Assembly: GCA_963754635.1 (NCBI GenBank)
Contig: CAVWGM010000002.1
Span: forward strand, 127,345-191,344
Source: an uncultured Actinomycetota bacterium
Lineage (GTDB): Bacteria > Actinomycetota > Actinomycetes > Actinomycetales > Microbacteriaceae
DNA: 64,000 bases
Reading direction: 5' to 3'
The position numbers were made by a program, and so were the translations under genes. Under the pieces are notes generated by a model that saw only the letters and a list, made by a program, of their open reading frames with translations, was not told where the DNA came from and ran no database searches. Of the stretch, positions 38,737-48,849 are shown one piece after another (within the stretch, counting starts at the first letter, position 1; each line of letters opens with the position of its first letter).

Positions 38737-39531
38737 ATGCTTCTGGACACCCCCGTGCGCCTCGGCGTTCAGCTGCAGCCGCAGCACGCGCCTTACCCCG
38801 CCTTCCGCGACGCCGTCCGGCGGCTCGAGGACATGGGCGTGGACATCCTCTTCAACTGGGACCACTTCTTCCCGCTGTCCGGTGACCGCGACGGCATGCA
38901 CTTCGAGTCGTGGACGATGCTCGCGGCGTGGGCCGAGCAGACCGAGCGCGTCGAGTTCGGATCGCTCGTCAACTGCAACAGTTACCGCAACCCCGACCTG
39001 CAGGCCGACATGGCCCGCACGATCGACCACATCTCGGCGAAGGGCGGCACCGGCCGTTTCATCTTCGCTACGGGGTCGGGCTGGTTCGCGCGGGACTACG
39101 AGGAGTACGGCTACGAGTTCGGCACGGCCGGCTCACGCCTGGACGACCTCGCCACGGGCATGGCCCGCATCGAAGAGCGGTGGGAGAAGCTCAACCCGGC
39201 ACCGACGCGCCGCATCCCCGTCATGATCGGCGGCAAGGGCGAGCAGAAGACGCTCCGCCTGGTGGCCCGTCATGCCGACATCTGGCACAGCTTCGTGCGG
39301 CCCGACGAGCTCGCCCACAAGATCGGCGTCATCGAGCGGTGGGCCGAGAAGGAGGAGCGCGACACCTCCGGCCTCGTCATCTCGAACGAACTGCACCAGC
39401 GCGGCGAGACCTTCGCCGACGAGCTGTACGACGCCGGCGTGCGGCTGTTCACGCTCGGCTTCGAAGGGCCCGACTGGGACTACGACCTGGTGCGGTCCTG
39501 GCTGCGCTGGCGCGACTCGAAGAACGCCTGA
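38737..39531 (+). CDS. LLM-class oxidoreductase (F420-dependent-like subfamily)
   Basis: LGVQLQPQHA..FNWDHFFP..SLVNCNSYRNPDL pattern. Confidence 0.8.
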   Translation: MLLDTPVRLGVQLQPQHAPYPAFRDAVRRLEDMGVDILFNWDHFFPLSGDRDGMHFESWTMLAAWAEQTERVEFGSLVNCNSYRNPDLQADMARTIDHISAKGGTGRFIFATGSGWFARDYEEYGYEFGTAGSRLDDLATGMARIEERWEKLNPAPTRRIPVMIGGKGEQKTLRLVARHADIWHSFVRPDELAHKIGVIERWAEKEERDTSGLVISNELHQRGETFADELYDAGVRLFTLGFEGPDWDYDLVRSWLRWRDSKNA

Positions 39532-39574
39532 CACACGGCGTCGCGGCATCCGCCCGCTCGGTAGAATCGCGCTG

Positions 39575-42500
39575 GTGACCGGTCAGATCCTCGAGCCCCG
39601 GTTCGCCCTCGACATCGACGGCGTTCCCCGCCCCGCCCGCGCTCAGGCGCTGCTCGATGCCGTGCGGTCGAACGTCGTGATCGCCGACGGCGCGATGGGC
39701 ACCATGCTGCAGCGCTACGACCTGTCGATCGACGGGGACTTCCAGGGTCTCGAAGGCTGCAATGAGATCCTCAACGTCTCGCGCCCCGACGTGGTGGCCG
39801 CCATCCACGACGCGTACCTCGAGGTCGGCATCGACGCGGTCGAGACGAACACCTTCGGAGCGAACTGGTCCAACCTCGGCGACTACGGCATCGAGGACCG
39901 CATCGCCGAACTCGCCGAGGCCGGTGCGCGGATCGCTCGTGAGCGTGTAGAGGCGGCCGAGGCCGTCGACGGCCGCGTGCGGTGGGTGCTCGGATCGATG
40001 GGCCCCGGCACGAAGCTGCCGAGCCTCGGGCACACCACGTACGACAACCTCAAGCAGACCTTCGCGCTGCAGGCGCACGGGCTCATCGACGGCGGTGCAG
40101 ACGCCTTCCTGGTCGAGACGTCGCAGGACCTGCTGCAGACCAAGGCCGCGATCAACGGGTGCAAGCAGGCGATCGTGGAGCGCGGCATCCGTCTCCCGAT
40201 CTTCGTCGAGGTCACCGTCGAGACGACCGGCACGATGCTCATGGGCAGCGAGATCGGCGCCGCGCTCACCACGCTCGAGCCGCTGGGCGTGGACGCCATC
40301 GGGCTGAACTGCGCCACCGGGCCCGCCGAGATGAGCGAGCACCTGCGACACCTCTCGCGCCACAGCGCCGTGCCGATCGCGTGCATGCCGAACGCCGGTC
40401 TGCCGGTGCTCGGCGCGAACGGCGCCCACTATCCGCTCGGGCCCGCCGAGCTGGCGACCGCGCACGAGCAGTTCGTGCGCGAGTTCGGCCTGGGCCTTGT
40501 CGGCGGATGCTGCGGCACCACGCCCGAGCACCTGGCAGCAGTCGTCGAGCGCCTGCGCGCGGCCGCGCCCGTGCCGCCGCGGACGCCGATCAGCGAGCCG
40601 GGCGTCGCCAGCCTGTACCAGCACGTGCCGTTCGATCAGGATGCCTCGTACCTCGCCATCGGCGAGCGGACCAACGCGAACGGCTCCAAGGCCTTCCGCG
40701 AGGCCATGCTCGAGGGCCGGTGGGACGACTGCGTCGAGATCGCGCGCAACCAGATCCGCGTCGGCGCCCACCTGCTCGACGTGTGCGTGGACTACGTCGG
40801 TCGTGACGGGGTCGCCGATATCCGCGAGATCGTGTCGCGGTTCGCGAGCGCCTCGACGCTGCCGCTCGTGGTCGACTCCACCGAGCCCGCGGTCATCCAG
40901 GCCGGACTCGAGCTCATCGGCGGGCGGCCGGTCGTCAACTCGGTCAACTACGAGGACGGCGAGGACAGCACGAGCCGCTTCGGCCGCATCATGCCGCTCG
41001 TCAAGGAGCACGGCGCCGCCGTCATCGCCCTCACGATCGACGAGCAGGGCCAGGCCCGCACCGCCGAAGACAAGATGCGCATCGCCTCGCGCCTCGTCGA
41101 CACCCTGGTCGGCGAATGGGGGATGAAGGTGTCCGACATCATCGTCGACACCCTGACCTTCCCGATCGCCACGGGCCAGGAGGAGACCCGGCGCGACGCG
41201 ATCGAGACCATCGAGGCGATCCGCCGGCTGAACGCGAAGTACCCCGGCATCCACACCACCCTCGGCGTCTCGAACGTGTCGTTCGGGCTCAACCCCGCCG
41301 CGCGCAGCGTGCTGAACTCGGTGTTCCTTCACGAGGCCGCCGAGGCAGGTCTCGACTCGGGCATCATCGACGCGGCGAAGATCGTGCCGCTGGCATCGGT
41401 GCCCGAGGAGCAGCGGAAGGTCGCACTGGACCTGGTCTGGGACCGCCGCGAATACGACGCCGACGGCAACATCACGTACGACCCCCTCGCGCGCATGCTC
41501 GACGTGTTCGCCGGCGTCGACACCGCCGCGCTGCGCGACCAGCGTGCCGCCGAACTCGCCGCGCTGCCGGTCGGCGCACGCTTGGAGCGCCGGATCATCG
41601 ACGGAGAGGGCAAGGGCCTCGAGGCCGACCTCGACCTCGCCCGCGCCGACGGCATCACGCCGCTGCAGATCATCAACGACCACCTGCTCGAGGGCATGAA
41701 GATCGTCGGCGAGCGCTTCGGCTCCGGCGAGATGCAGCTGCCCTTCGTGCTGCAGTCGGCCGAGGTGATGAAGACGGCCGTCGCTCTGCTCGAACCGCAC
41801 ATGGAGAAGGCGGATGCCTCGGGCAAGGGCCGCATCGTGCTCGCGACGGTCCGCGGCGACGTGCACGACATCGGCAAGAACCTCGTCGACATCATCCTCA
41901 CGAACAACGGCTACGACGTCATCAACCTCGGCATCAAGCAGCCGATCGCCGACATCATCGCCGCAGCCGAGGAGCACGACGCCGATGTGATCGGCATGTC
42001 GGGCCTGCTCGTGAAGTCGACAGTCGTGATGAAGGAGAACCTGCTCGAGCTGCAGTCTCGCGACCTGGCGAAGAAGTGGCCGGTCATCCTCGGCGGCGCG
42101 GCGCTCACCCGCGCCTACGTGGAGGACGATCTCGCGAGCATCTTCGACGGCGAGGTCCGCTACGCCCGCGACGCGTTCGAGGGGCTGACCCTCATGGAGC
42201 CGCTCGTGAAGATCGCGCGTGGCGCCGACCCGGCGTCGGTGGGGCTGCCGGCGCTGAAGAAGCGGCGTCACGCGGTCGGATCGAAGCTCACCCTGACGGA
42301 GCCCGAAGCCATGCCGGCGCGGTCGGATGTGGTATCCGGCAATCCGGTCCCCGCGCCGCCGTTCTGGGGCACGCGCATCGTCCGCGGCATCGCGCTCGCC
42401 GACTACGCCGCGTTCCTCGACGAGCGCGCGACGTTCATGGGGCAGTGGGGGCTCAAGCCCGGCCGCGGCGAGGACGGCCTGTCGTACGAGCAGCTCGTCG

Positions 42501-43207
42501 ACCTCGAGGGCCGCCCGCGGCTGCGGTACTGGCTCGACCGGATCCTGGGCGAGGGCATGCTCGACGCCTCCGTCGCCTACGGCTACTTCCCGGTGGTCTC
42601 CGAGGGCGATGACGTCGTGGTGCTGCACCACGGCGACGACCGCGCCGGGGTGCTCGGTCCGGCGGGGCTGCTCGCGCCCGACGGAGGCTCGGGCGGAGCG
42701 GTCGGGGCGGATCGTCTGCGCTTCCACTTCCCTCGTCAGCGTCGCGACCGCCACCTGTGCCTCGCCGACTTCGTCCGCTCGCGCGAGTCGGGTCAGGTCG
42801 ACGTCATGCCCGTCCAGCTCGTCACAGCCGGCGCGCACATCGACACCGTCACCGCGAAGCTGTTCGCCGAGGACCGGTACCGCGACTATTACGAGCTCAA
42901 CGGGCTCGTGATGCAGCTGACCGAGGCGCTCGCGGAGTTCTGGCACGCCCGTATCCGGTCCGAGCTCGGCTTCGCCGCTGAGGATCCGGCCGACACCGCG
43001 GGCCTGTTCAAGCTCGAGTACCGGGGCGCCCGGTTCTCGCTCGGCTACCCGGCGTGTCCCGAGATGGAGGACCGCCGCAAGGTGGTCGAGCTGCTGAGGC
43101 CCGAGCGCATGGGCGTCGAGCTGAGCGAGGAGCTGCAGCTGCATCCCGAGCAGTCCACGGACGCGTTCGTCTTCCACCACCCGGAGGCCAAGTACTTCTC
43201 GGTCTGA
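39575..43207 (+). CDS. metH: Cobalamin-dependent methionine synthase
   Basis: All domains are present: Hcy-binding, pterin-binding, B12-binding DxHxxG (GDVHDIGKN) and the AdoMet reactivation domain. GTG 39575. Confidence 0.95.
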   Translation: MTGQILEPRFALDIDGVPRPARAQALLDAVRSNVVIADGAMGTMLQRYDLSIDGDFQGLEGCNEILNVSRPDVVAAIHDAYLEVGIDAVETNTFGANWSNLGDYGIEDRIAELAEAGARIARERVEAAEAVDGRVRWVLGSMGPGTKLPSLGHTTYDNLKQTFALQAHGLIDGGADAFLVETSQDLLQTKAAINGCKQAIVERGIRLPIFVEVTVETTGTMLMGSEIGAALTTLEPLGVDAIGLNCATGPAEMSEHLRHLSRHSAVPIACMPNAGLPVLGANGAHYPLGPAELATAHEQFVREFGLGLVGGCCGTTPEHLAAVVERLRAAAPVPPRTPISEPGVASLYQHVPFDQDASYLAIGERTNANGSKAFREAMLEGRWDDCVEIARNQIRVGAHLLDVCVDYVGRDGVADIREIVSRFASASTLPLVVDSTEPAVIQAGLELIGGRPVVNSVNYEDGEDSTSRFGRIMPLVKEHGAAVIALTIDEQGQARTAEDKMRIASRLVDTLVGEWGMKVSDIIVDTLTFPIATGQEETRRDAIETIEAIRRLNAKYPGIHTTLGVSNVSFGLNPAARSVLNSVFLHEAAEAGLDSGIIDAAKIVPLASVPEEQRKVALDLVWDRREYDADGNITYDPLARMLDVFAGVDTAALRDQRAAELAALPVGARLERRIIDGEGKGLEADLDLARADGITPLQIINDHLLEGMKIVGERFGSGEMQLPFVLQSAEVMKTAVALLEPHMEKADASGKGRIVLATVRGDVHDIGKNLVDIILTNNGYDVINLGIKQPIADIIAAAEEHDADVIGMSGLLVKSTVVMKENLLELQSRDLAKKWPVILGGAALTRAYVEDDLASIFDGEVRYARDAFEGLTLMEPLVKIARGADPASVGLPALKKRRHAVGSKLTLTEPEAMPARSDVVSGNPVPAPPFWGTRIVRGIALADYAAFLDERATFMGQWGLKPGRGEDGLSYEQLVDLEGRPRLRYWLDRILGEGMLDASVAYGYFPVVSEGDDVVVLHHGDDRAGVLGPAGLLAPDGGSGGAVGADRLRFHFPRQRRDRHLCLADFVRSRESGQVDVMPVQLVTAGAHIDTVTAKLFAEDRYRDYYELNGLVMQLTEALAEFWHARIRSELGFAAEDPADTAGLFKLEYRGARFSLGYPACPEMEDRRKVVELLRPERMGVELSEELQLHPEQSTDAFVFHHPEAKYFSV

Positions 43208-43240
43208 GTCGGTCGAGGATGCGCCGAGGGTGCGCGAATG

Positions 43241-46084
43241 TCAGCGCCGCGGGACGACGGGCTTGGCGCGCCGCAGGGCGATGAGGATCGCGCGTCCGAC
43301 GACCACGACGCCGACCACGGTCACGATCGCGCGCAAGGTGTCCCAGGTGAGGATCGAGGTGAGCAGCGAGTAGAGCACGAAGCTCGCGACGTTCTCGCCG
43401 ATCGGGGCTCCTGGCTGGTACGAGATGCCGGTGCCGCCGCCGACCGCGAACGGCCAGAACCACAGGTTCATGATGAGCCCGAACAGGTATGACGCGACGA
43501 CCCCGTAGGCGCTGAGCATCACGACCTCGCCGATACCGGTCACCCGCCGGGGCAACAGGCCCGCACCCGCACCGACCCACGCGCAGGCGAACATCTGGAA
43601 CGGTGTCCACGGCCCGATCCCGCCCGTGACCACGGACGACAGCAGGATCGTCGAGAGTCCGAGCAGCAGGCCGAATCGCGCGCCGAGCGCGCGTCCGGCG
43701 AGGATCAGCAGGATGAACACCGCCTCCATCCCGCCGACGCCCGTTCCGACGATCCGGATCGCTGCTCCGATCGCGGCGAGCGTGCCGAGGAGCGCGAGGG
43801 TGTGGGCGCTGCGGACGCTCCGGTCGAGCGCCCCGAAGATCACCAGCGCGGCGAGCGGCACGAGCGCGAAGGCAGCGACGGGCACACTCGCCTGCGCCTG
43901 CGACGGCACCGCGTAGGCCACGAGCGGCCAGCTGAACGCAGCGAGGGCCACTAGATTCGCGGCGGCGACGGCCGCCAGACGGAGGGTCGGATGTGGTTCC
44001 CGGATGCCGCGCACCGGCGCCGAGGGCCCGATCGCGGTCGCCGCGTCCGCCGCGTCCGCCGGGTCCGGACTCGAGGGTCGGGTGCGAGTGGCCGGCTCCG
44101 CACCGGCGCCGGTGAGGGCGACGACCTGGCGGGGAGCGGTCAGGCCGACAGCGGCGGACGAACCGGAGGCGGCCGAGGCCCGAAGCAGAGCACGTGGCGC
44201 CCCGACCCGGCCGTCGGCGATGGGCAGCACGGCGTCGGCAACGGCGTCGGCGAAGTCGGAGTCGTGCGTGGCGACGAGCACGGCCGCCCCCGAGGAGGCG
44301 ATATCGGCGAGGGCTGCCGCCACGAGGGCGCGGGCCGCGGCATCCAGTCCTCTCGTCGGCTCGTCCACGAGCAGAACCCGTGGTGCGGCAGAGAGCTGGA
44401 GGGCGATCGCGAGGCAGCGCCGCTGGCCGGCGGAGAGATCGAGCGGATGCCGCCCGCCGAGGCGGCGGCCGGCCTCGGGCGGCTCGCCCACGAGCTCGGC
44501 CCACCGGTTCAGCGTCGCGCCGCGGGACATGCCGGCACGGCGATCCGCGCGCGCACACTCGGCCGCGACGGTGTCGCAGACGAACAGGTCGTCGGACGCA
44601 TCGGGCACGAGCCGGATGCCGGAGGCACCTCGGCCCCGGGGTGGCCCATCGCCGTCGAGCGTCGCGACCGCGGGATCGGTCGCGAGGGCGACCAGCAGGC
44701 TCGACTTGCCCGCGCCGTTCGGGCCGACGAGCGCGACGACGTCGCCGGCGTCGAGAGCGAGGCTCGCGTCGTTCACGACGAGCTGTCCCTCGCGGCGCAC
44801 GTCGAGGCGCTCCGTGCGGAGGACGGCCCGCGCGCCGGGACGTGCCGCGGAGGAGGGTCGCGGCGTCTCCGGCAGCCGCGCCGGCGCCGCGCGCACATGG
44901 CTCTCCAGCGCAACCCTCGCATCGGCCACCCCGTCGAGCTCGGTCGCCCGGTGCTCGGCGACGACGACGCAGACGCCCCCGTCCCGGGCCAGTGCTCCGA
45001 GCAGCGTCACGATGCGCTCGCGGTTGGACGCGTCGAGATCGGCGAGGGGTTCGTCCACGAGGAGGAGGATCGGATGCTCGACGATGGCGGCAGCGATCGC
45101 GACGAGGACGGCCTCGCCGGCCGACAGGTCCGCCACGCCACGCGGGACGAGGTCGGTGATGCCGATGCGCTCGGCCACCTCCGCCACGCGGACGGCGACG
45201 ATCGCGGGCGCGACGCCGCGCAGCTCGAGGGCGAGCCCGATCTCGTCGCGAACGGTCTCGGTGGCGAATCCCTCGCGGGGATTCTGCAGCACGACGCCCA
45301 CGCGCTGGGCGGTGTCGCGCGGCGGGACGACCAGGCGATCGTGGCCGACCACGCGCAGCATGCCCGTCACGCTGCCGCCGTCCACGTGAGTGTGGAGCCC
45401 GGCGAGCGCGCGCAGGAGCGTCGTCTTGCCGGCCCCGGTCGCTCCGGTGACGACGGTGAGCGTGCCCGGGCGCAGAGCCAGATCAGGCACCCCGATGGCC
45501 GAGCTCGAGTCCGCACCGTGACGCAGCACGAGTCCTTCTGTCTCGACCGGGGCCAGGCAGTCGCCCGAGACGGGATGACCAGCGAGGCCTCGCAGCTCGA
45601 GGGCCGCGGCCAGGGCGGTGGCGCGCGCCAGCGTACGGGCGAGCACCGGTGCCAGCAGGCGGACGCCGGCGCGCTCGCCGCGCAGGCGCTGCGCGAACCG
45701 CACCGCACGCACGGCCTCGGCGAGCGCCGGCAGGGTCGCCCACGCCACCGCCAGCGTGCGGGCGACGCCGCGCAGCGGTCCGCGCCGCGCACCTCGGGCG
45801 AAGAGGCGAGGAACATCCACCGCGGCGTTCAGCGCGCCGAACGCGAGGATCGTCAGGGCGATCGGAAGGGCGCTGGCCGCGGCATCCCACAGTCCTCCGG
45901 TCGTGACCGGCCCGAACATGACCACGTGCGCGAACGGCGGCGGCAGCCGGTACGCGGGCAGGTCGAGCAGGACGCGGCCCGAGCCGTCGGCACCGTGGAA
46001 CAGCACTCGGTACACGACCCGGACCACCACGAAGCCGGCGGCGAGAGCTGCCGCGGCACGCAGTGGTCCGGGTCGCAGGGTCAT
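43241..46084 (-). CDS. Fully fused ECF-type transporter: short EcfT-like module, two ABC ATPase domains and a C-terminal S-component-like membrane domain
   Basis: EcfT-like coupling motifs AQRLRGERAG and ALELRGLAG. Walker A GATGAGKTT and GPNGAGKSS, signatures LSAGEAV and LSAGQRR, Walker B LLLVDEP and VLLVDEP. The C-terminus has six TM segments with GGIGPWTPFQMF. Confidence 0.75.
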   Translation of the reverse strand: MTLRPGPLRAAAALAAGFVVVRVVYRVLFHGADGSGRVLLDLPAYRLPPPFAHVVMFGPVTTGGLWDAAASALPIALTILAFGALNAAVDVPRLFARGARRGPLRGVARTLAVAWATLPALAEAVRAVRFAQRLRGERAGVRLLAPVLARTLARATALAAALELRGLAGHPVSGDCLAPVETEGLVLRHGADSSSAIGVPDLALRPGTLTVVTGATGAGKTTLLRALAGLHTHVDGGSVTGMLRVVGHDRLVVPPRDTAQRVGVVLQNPREGFATETVRDEIGLALELRGVAPAIVAVRVAEVAERIGITDLVPRGVADLSAGEAVLVAIAAAIVEHPILLLVDEPLADLDASNRERIVTLLGALARDGGVCVVVAEHRATELDGVADARVALESHVRAAPARLPETPRPSSAARPGARAVLRTERLDVRREGQLVVNDASLALDAGDVVALVGPNGAGKSSLLVALATDPAVATLDGDGPPRGRGASGIRLVPDASDDLFVCDTVAAECARADRRAGMSRGATLNRWAELVGEPPEAGRRLGGRHPLDLSAGQRRCLAIALQLSAAPRVLLVDEPTRGLDAAARALVAAALADIASSGAAVLVATHDSDFADAVADAVLPIADGRVGAPRALLRASAASGSSAAVGLTAPRQVVALTGAGAEPATRTRPSSPDPADAADAATAIGPSAPVRGIREPHPTLRLAAVAAANLVALAAFSWPLVAYAVPSQAQASVPVAAFALVPLAALVIFGALDRSVRSAHTLALLGTLAAIGAAIRIVGTGVGGMEAVFILLILAGRALGARFGLLLGLSTILLSSVVTGGIGPWTPFQMFACAWVGAGAGLLPRRVTGIGEVVMLSAYGVVASYLFGLIMNLWFWPFAVGGGTGISYQPGAPIGENVASFVLYSLLTSILTWDTLRAIVTVVGVVVVGRAILIALRRAKPVVPRR

Positions 46085-46087
46085 GGG

Positions 46088-46633
46088 CTATGTGGTCGGC
46101 GCGGCAGGCTCGCCGTTGAGGGTGAACAGCAGGGCGACGGAATCGCCCGGCTCCACCTGCAGGGTCGACAGGCCTTCCTGGGCGTAGTCCCACTCTCCGT
46201 CGGCGGGCTTCACCCAAACCGCCCAGTAGGCGTGGGCGGCCGGCATCGACTCGCAGGTCTCGCTGTACTCGGTGCCGTCGGCGGCGGTGAGGTCCGTGTC
46301 GGCGGACGGTACGCCGTTCACGCGGCACACGACCTGGTCGCCGTACTCGACGGTGCCCTCGGTGCTCACATCGGTCTCGGCGAACGCGTCCGCGGCGCCG
46401 ATGGCCTCCTCGGTCTCCACGCACTCCTCCAGCGACACGTCGTCGTCGCCCTCCAGTGCGCTGGCGTCCACGACGATCGTGACGCCCGCGCACTCGCCGG
46501 CGGGTGCCGAGGCGGAGGACGAGGGCTCCGTCGTCGTGGGGGCGGTCTCGGTGGCGGGTGAGGAACAGGCGGCAAGGGTGAGCAGCAGGGCGGCGGCCGC
46601 AGCCACGCTCAGGGTGCGAAGATTCGAGGTCAC
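46088..46633 (-). CDS. Secreted lipoprotein, DUF4430-like (transcobalamin-beta-like) C-terminal pattern
   Basis: Signal peptide plus lipobox LAAC and a Ser/Thr/Pro linker. The C-terminus is YWAVWVKPADGEWDYAQEGLSTLQVEPGDSVALLF. The stop codon lies 3 nt from the ECF gene start. Confidence 0.6.
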   Translation of the reverse strand: MTSNLRTLSVAAAAALLLTLAACSSPATETAPTTTEPSSSASAPAGECAGVTIVVDASALEGDDDVSLEECVETEEAIGAADAFAETDVSTEGTVEYGDQVVCRVNGVPSADTDLTAADGTEYSETCESMPAAHAYWAVWVKPADGEWDYAQEGLSTLQVEPGDSVALLFTLNGEPAAPTT

Positions 46634-46724
46634 CGAACCAGGCTACGGCCCTGGACGCCGGGGCAACGGCCCTGTGACGCTGTACGGCGCGACGGCTGAC
46701 GCGCCGCGGTCGTAGGCTGGCCCG

Positions 46725-47624
46725 GTGACCGTTTCCGAGCTGTTCGACGACGACGAGTGGATGCCGGCCCCCCACGCCGCCGACTTCACCGACATCACCT
46801 CCCACGTCTCGAAGGACGGCCGGATCGCGCGCATCGCGTTCGATCGCCCCGAGGTGCGCAACGCGTTCCGCCCCCACACCGTCGACGAGCTCTACCGCGC
46901 TCTCGACTCCGCGCGTCAGGACCCGCGCATCGGCGTCGTGCTGCTGACCGGCAACGGGCCCAGCGCCAAGGACGGCGGCTGGGCGTTCTGCTCGGGCGGC
47001 GACCAGCGCATCCGCGGACGCGACGGCTACAAGTACTCCGACACCGACGAGGTCACCGACACCGCGCGAGGCGGACGACTGCACATCCTCGAGGTGCAGC
47101 GCCTCATCCGGTTCATGCCGAAGGTCGTGATCGCCGTGATCCCGGGCTGGGCGGCGGGCGGCGGTCACTCGCTGCACGTGGTGTGCGACCTGTCGATCGC
47201 GAGCGCCGAGCACGGCCGGTTCAAGCAGACCGACGCCGACGTGGGCTCGTTCGACGCCGGCTACGGCTCGGCCTACTTCGCACGTCAGATCGGACAGAAG
47301 TTCGCCCGCGAGGTGTTCTTCCTCGCCGAGGAGTACTCGGCGCAGCGCGCCTACGAGATGGGCGCCGTCAACCGGGTCGTCCCGCACGCCGAGCTCGAGC
47401 GCGAAGCGGTGACCATGGCGCGCACGATCCTCACCAAGTCGCCGACCGCCGTGCGCATGCTCAAGTTCGCCTTCAACGCCGTCGACGACGGCATGGTCGG
47501 TCAGCAGGTCTTCGCCGGCGAGGCCACCCGGCTCGCCTACGGCACCGACGAGGCGGTCGAGGGACGCGATGCCTTCCTCGACAAGCGCGACCCGGACTGG
47601 TCTCCGTACCCGTGGCACTACTGA
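46725..47624 (+). CDS. menB: 1,4-Dihydroxy-2-naphthoyl-CoA synthase
   Basis: Crotonase fold with FCSGGDQ and PGWAAGGGH. Confidence 0.95.
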   Translation: MTVSELFDDDEWMPAPHAADFTDITSHVSKDGRIARIAFDRPEVRNAFRPHTVDELYRALDSARQDPRIGVVLLTGNGPSAKDGGWAFCSGGDQRIRGRDGYKYSDTDEVTDTARGGRLHILEVQRLIRFMPKVVIAVIPGWAAGGGHSLHVVCDLSIASAEHGRFKQTDADVGSFDAGYGSAYFARQIGQKFAREVFFLAEEYSAQRAYEMGAVNRVVPHAELEREAVTMARTILTKSPTAVRMLKFAFNAVDDGMVGQQVFAGEATRLAYGTDEAVEGRDAFLDKRDPDWSPYPWHY

Positions 47625-47645
47625 CTCGCATGCGGATGCGCTGAC

Positions 47646-48791
47646 ATGCGGCTCGAACCCGTCCTCGGCGACGATCCCGCAGACATCTTCCGGGCGCTGC
47701 GCGCCGCGATCGACGGCGACGGGCCCGCGCTCGGACTGGGCATGGTGGGGGAGTTCCCTGCCGAGGTGCGCCCGGGGACGGCCGTCGTGGTGACCACCTC
47801 CGGCTCGACCGGTGTGCCGAAGAGCGTCATCCTCAGCCGTGACGCCCTCACCGCGAGCGCGCTCGCCACCGCCGACCGCATCGGCGACGGCGCGTGGCTG
47901 CTCGCGCTGCCGGTGAGCTATGTCGCCGGCCTCCAGGTGCTGGTGCGCTCGCTCGTCGGAGGACGCGAGCCGCGAGTCCTCGCCGGCGCGTTCTCGCCGC
48001 AGGCCTTCGCCGACGCGGCCCTCGCCATGCGGGGGGCCGGTCGCGCCCCGACCTACACGTCCCTCGTCCCCGCGCAGCTGGCGAGACTGCTCGACGCCGC
48101 AGACCACGACACGGCGGTGCGCACGGCGGTGCGCTCGTTCGAGACGATCCTCGTGGGCGGCCAGGCGCTGCCTCCGGCCCTGCTCGACCGCGCGGGCGAC
48201 GCCGGGGCCCGGGTGGTGCGGACCTACGGCTCGACCGAGACCGCAGGCGGCTGCGTCTACGACGGGATTGCGCTGCGAGGGGTGTCGGTGCGCATCGAGC
48301 ATGGCGAGGTCCAGGTGGCCGGTCCGGTCCTGGCCGAGGGCTACCTGGGGGATCGAGAGCTGACGGATGCCGCGTTCCACCGCGACCGCGCCGGCACGCG
48401 CTGGTATCGCACCGGCGACGCCGGCCTTCTCGAGGACGGCGTGCTGCGCATCCACGGCCGGCTCGACAACGTCATCGTCTCGGGAGGCGTGAACATCTCC
48501 CTGGATCGCGTGGAGCGGATCGTGCGCACCGTGCCGGGGCTGTCGGATGCCGTCGTCGTCGGGGTTCCGGACGAGCGCTGGGGCGAGGCATCCGTGGTCG
48601 TCGTACCCCGGGGCGAGGTGCTGCGACGGAGCGAGTCGGTGCAGCTGGACGAGGCGCGCGCCGCCGTGAAGGACGCGATCGGCCCGCACGCGCGCCCGTC
48701 GCGGCTGATCATCGTGGACGAGCTCGCGACGCTGCCGTCGGGCAAGCCCGACCGCGAGACGATCCGCCGGTCCGTCGCCGCCCTGCACTGA
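47646..48791 (+). CDS. menE: o-Succinylbenzoate--CoA ligase
   Basis: AMP-binding motif TSGSTGVPK, YGSTET and a C-terminal GKPDR. Confidence 0.85.
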   Translation: MRLEPVLGDDPADIFRALRAAIDGDGPALGLGMVGEFPAEVRPGTAVVVTTSGSTGVPKSVILSRDALTASALATADRIGDGAWLLALPVSYVAGLQVLVRSLVGGREPRVLAGAFSPQAFADAALAMRGAGRAPTYTSLVPAQLARLLDAADHDTAVRTAVRSFETILVGGQALPPALLDRAGDAGARVVRTYGSTETAGGCVYDGIALRGVSVRIEHGEVQVAGPVLAEGYLGDRELTDAAFHRDRAGTRWYRTGDAGLLEDGVLRIHGRLDNVIVSGGVNISLDRVERIVRTVPGLSDAVVVGVPDERWGEASVVVVPRGEVLRRSESVQLDEARAAVKDAIGPHARPSRLIIVDELATLPSGKPDRETIRRSVAALH

Positions 48792-48849
48792 GGATCAGAC
48801 GCGCCTGTCGTCGCTCGAACCCCGAGCCGAAGCCCTAGGATGGCGACTC

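Noticed and set aside
39449-43180. Very long ORFs antisense to, or out of frame with, recognised genes. Examples: 39449..43180 minus strand (1243 aa), 45483..48788 minus strand (1101 aa), 3929..6637 minus strand (902 aa), 43991..46561 plus strand (856 aa), 8146..9885 minus strand, 11487..13547 minus strand.
   Set aside because: Their translations are Arg/Gly/Pro/Ala-rich low-complexity sequence with no recognisable motifs. They overlap genes that have clear family signatures. Open antisense frames are expected at ~70% GC because stop codons are rare.
46634-46724. A cobalamin riboswitch upstream of the lipoprotein/ECF operon (and upstream of metH at 39532-39574).
   Set aside because: The intergenic regions are only 91 nt and 43 nt. 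Both genes have leaderless-type -10 boxes next to their start codons, and no B12-box-like sequence is visible.
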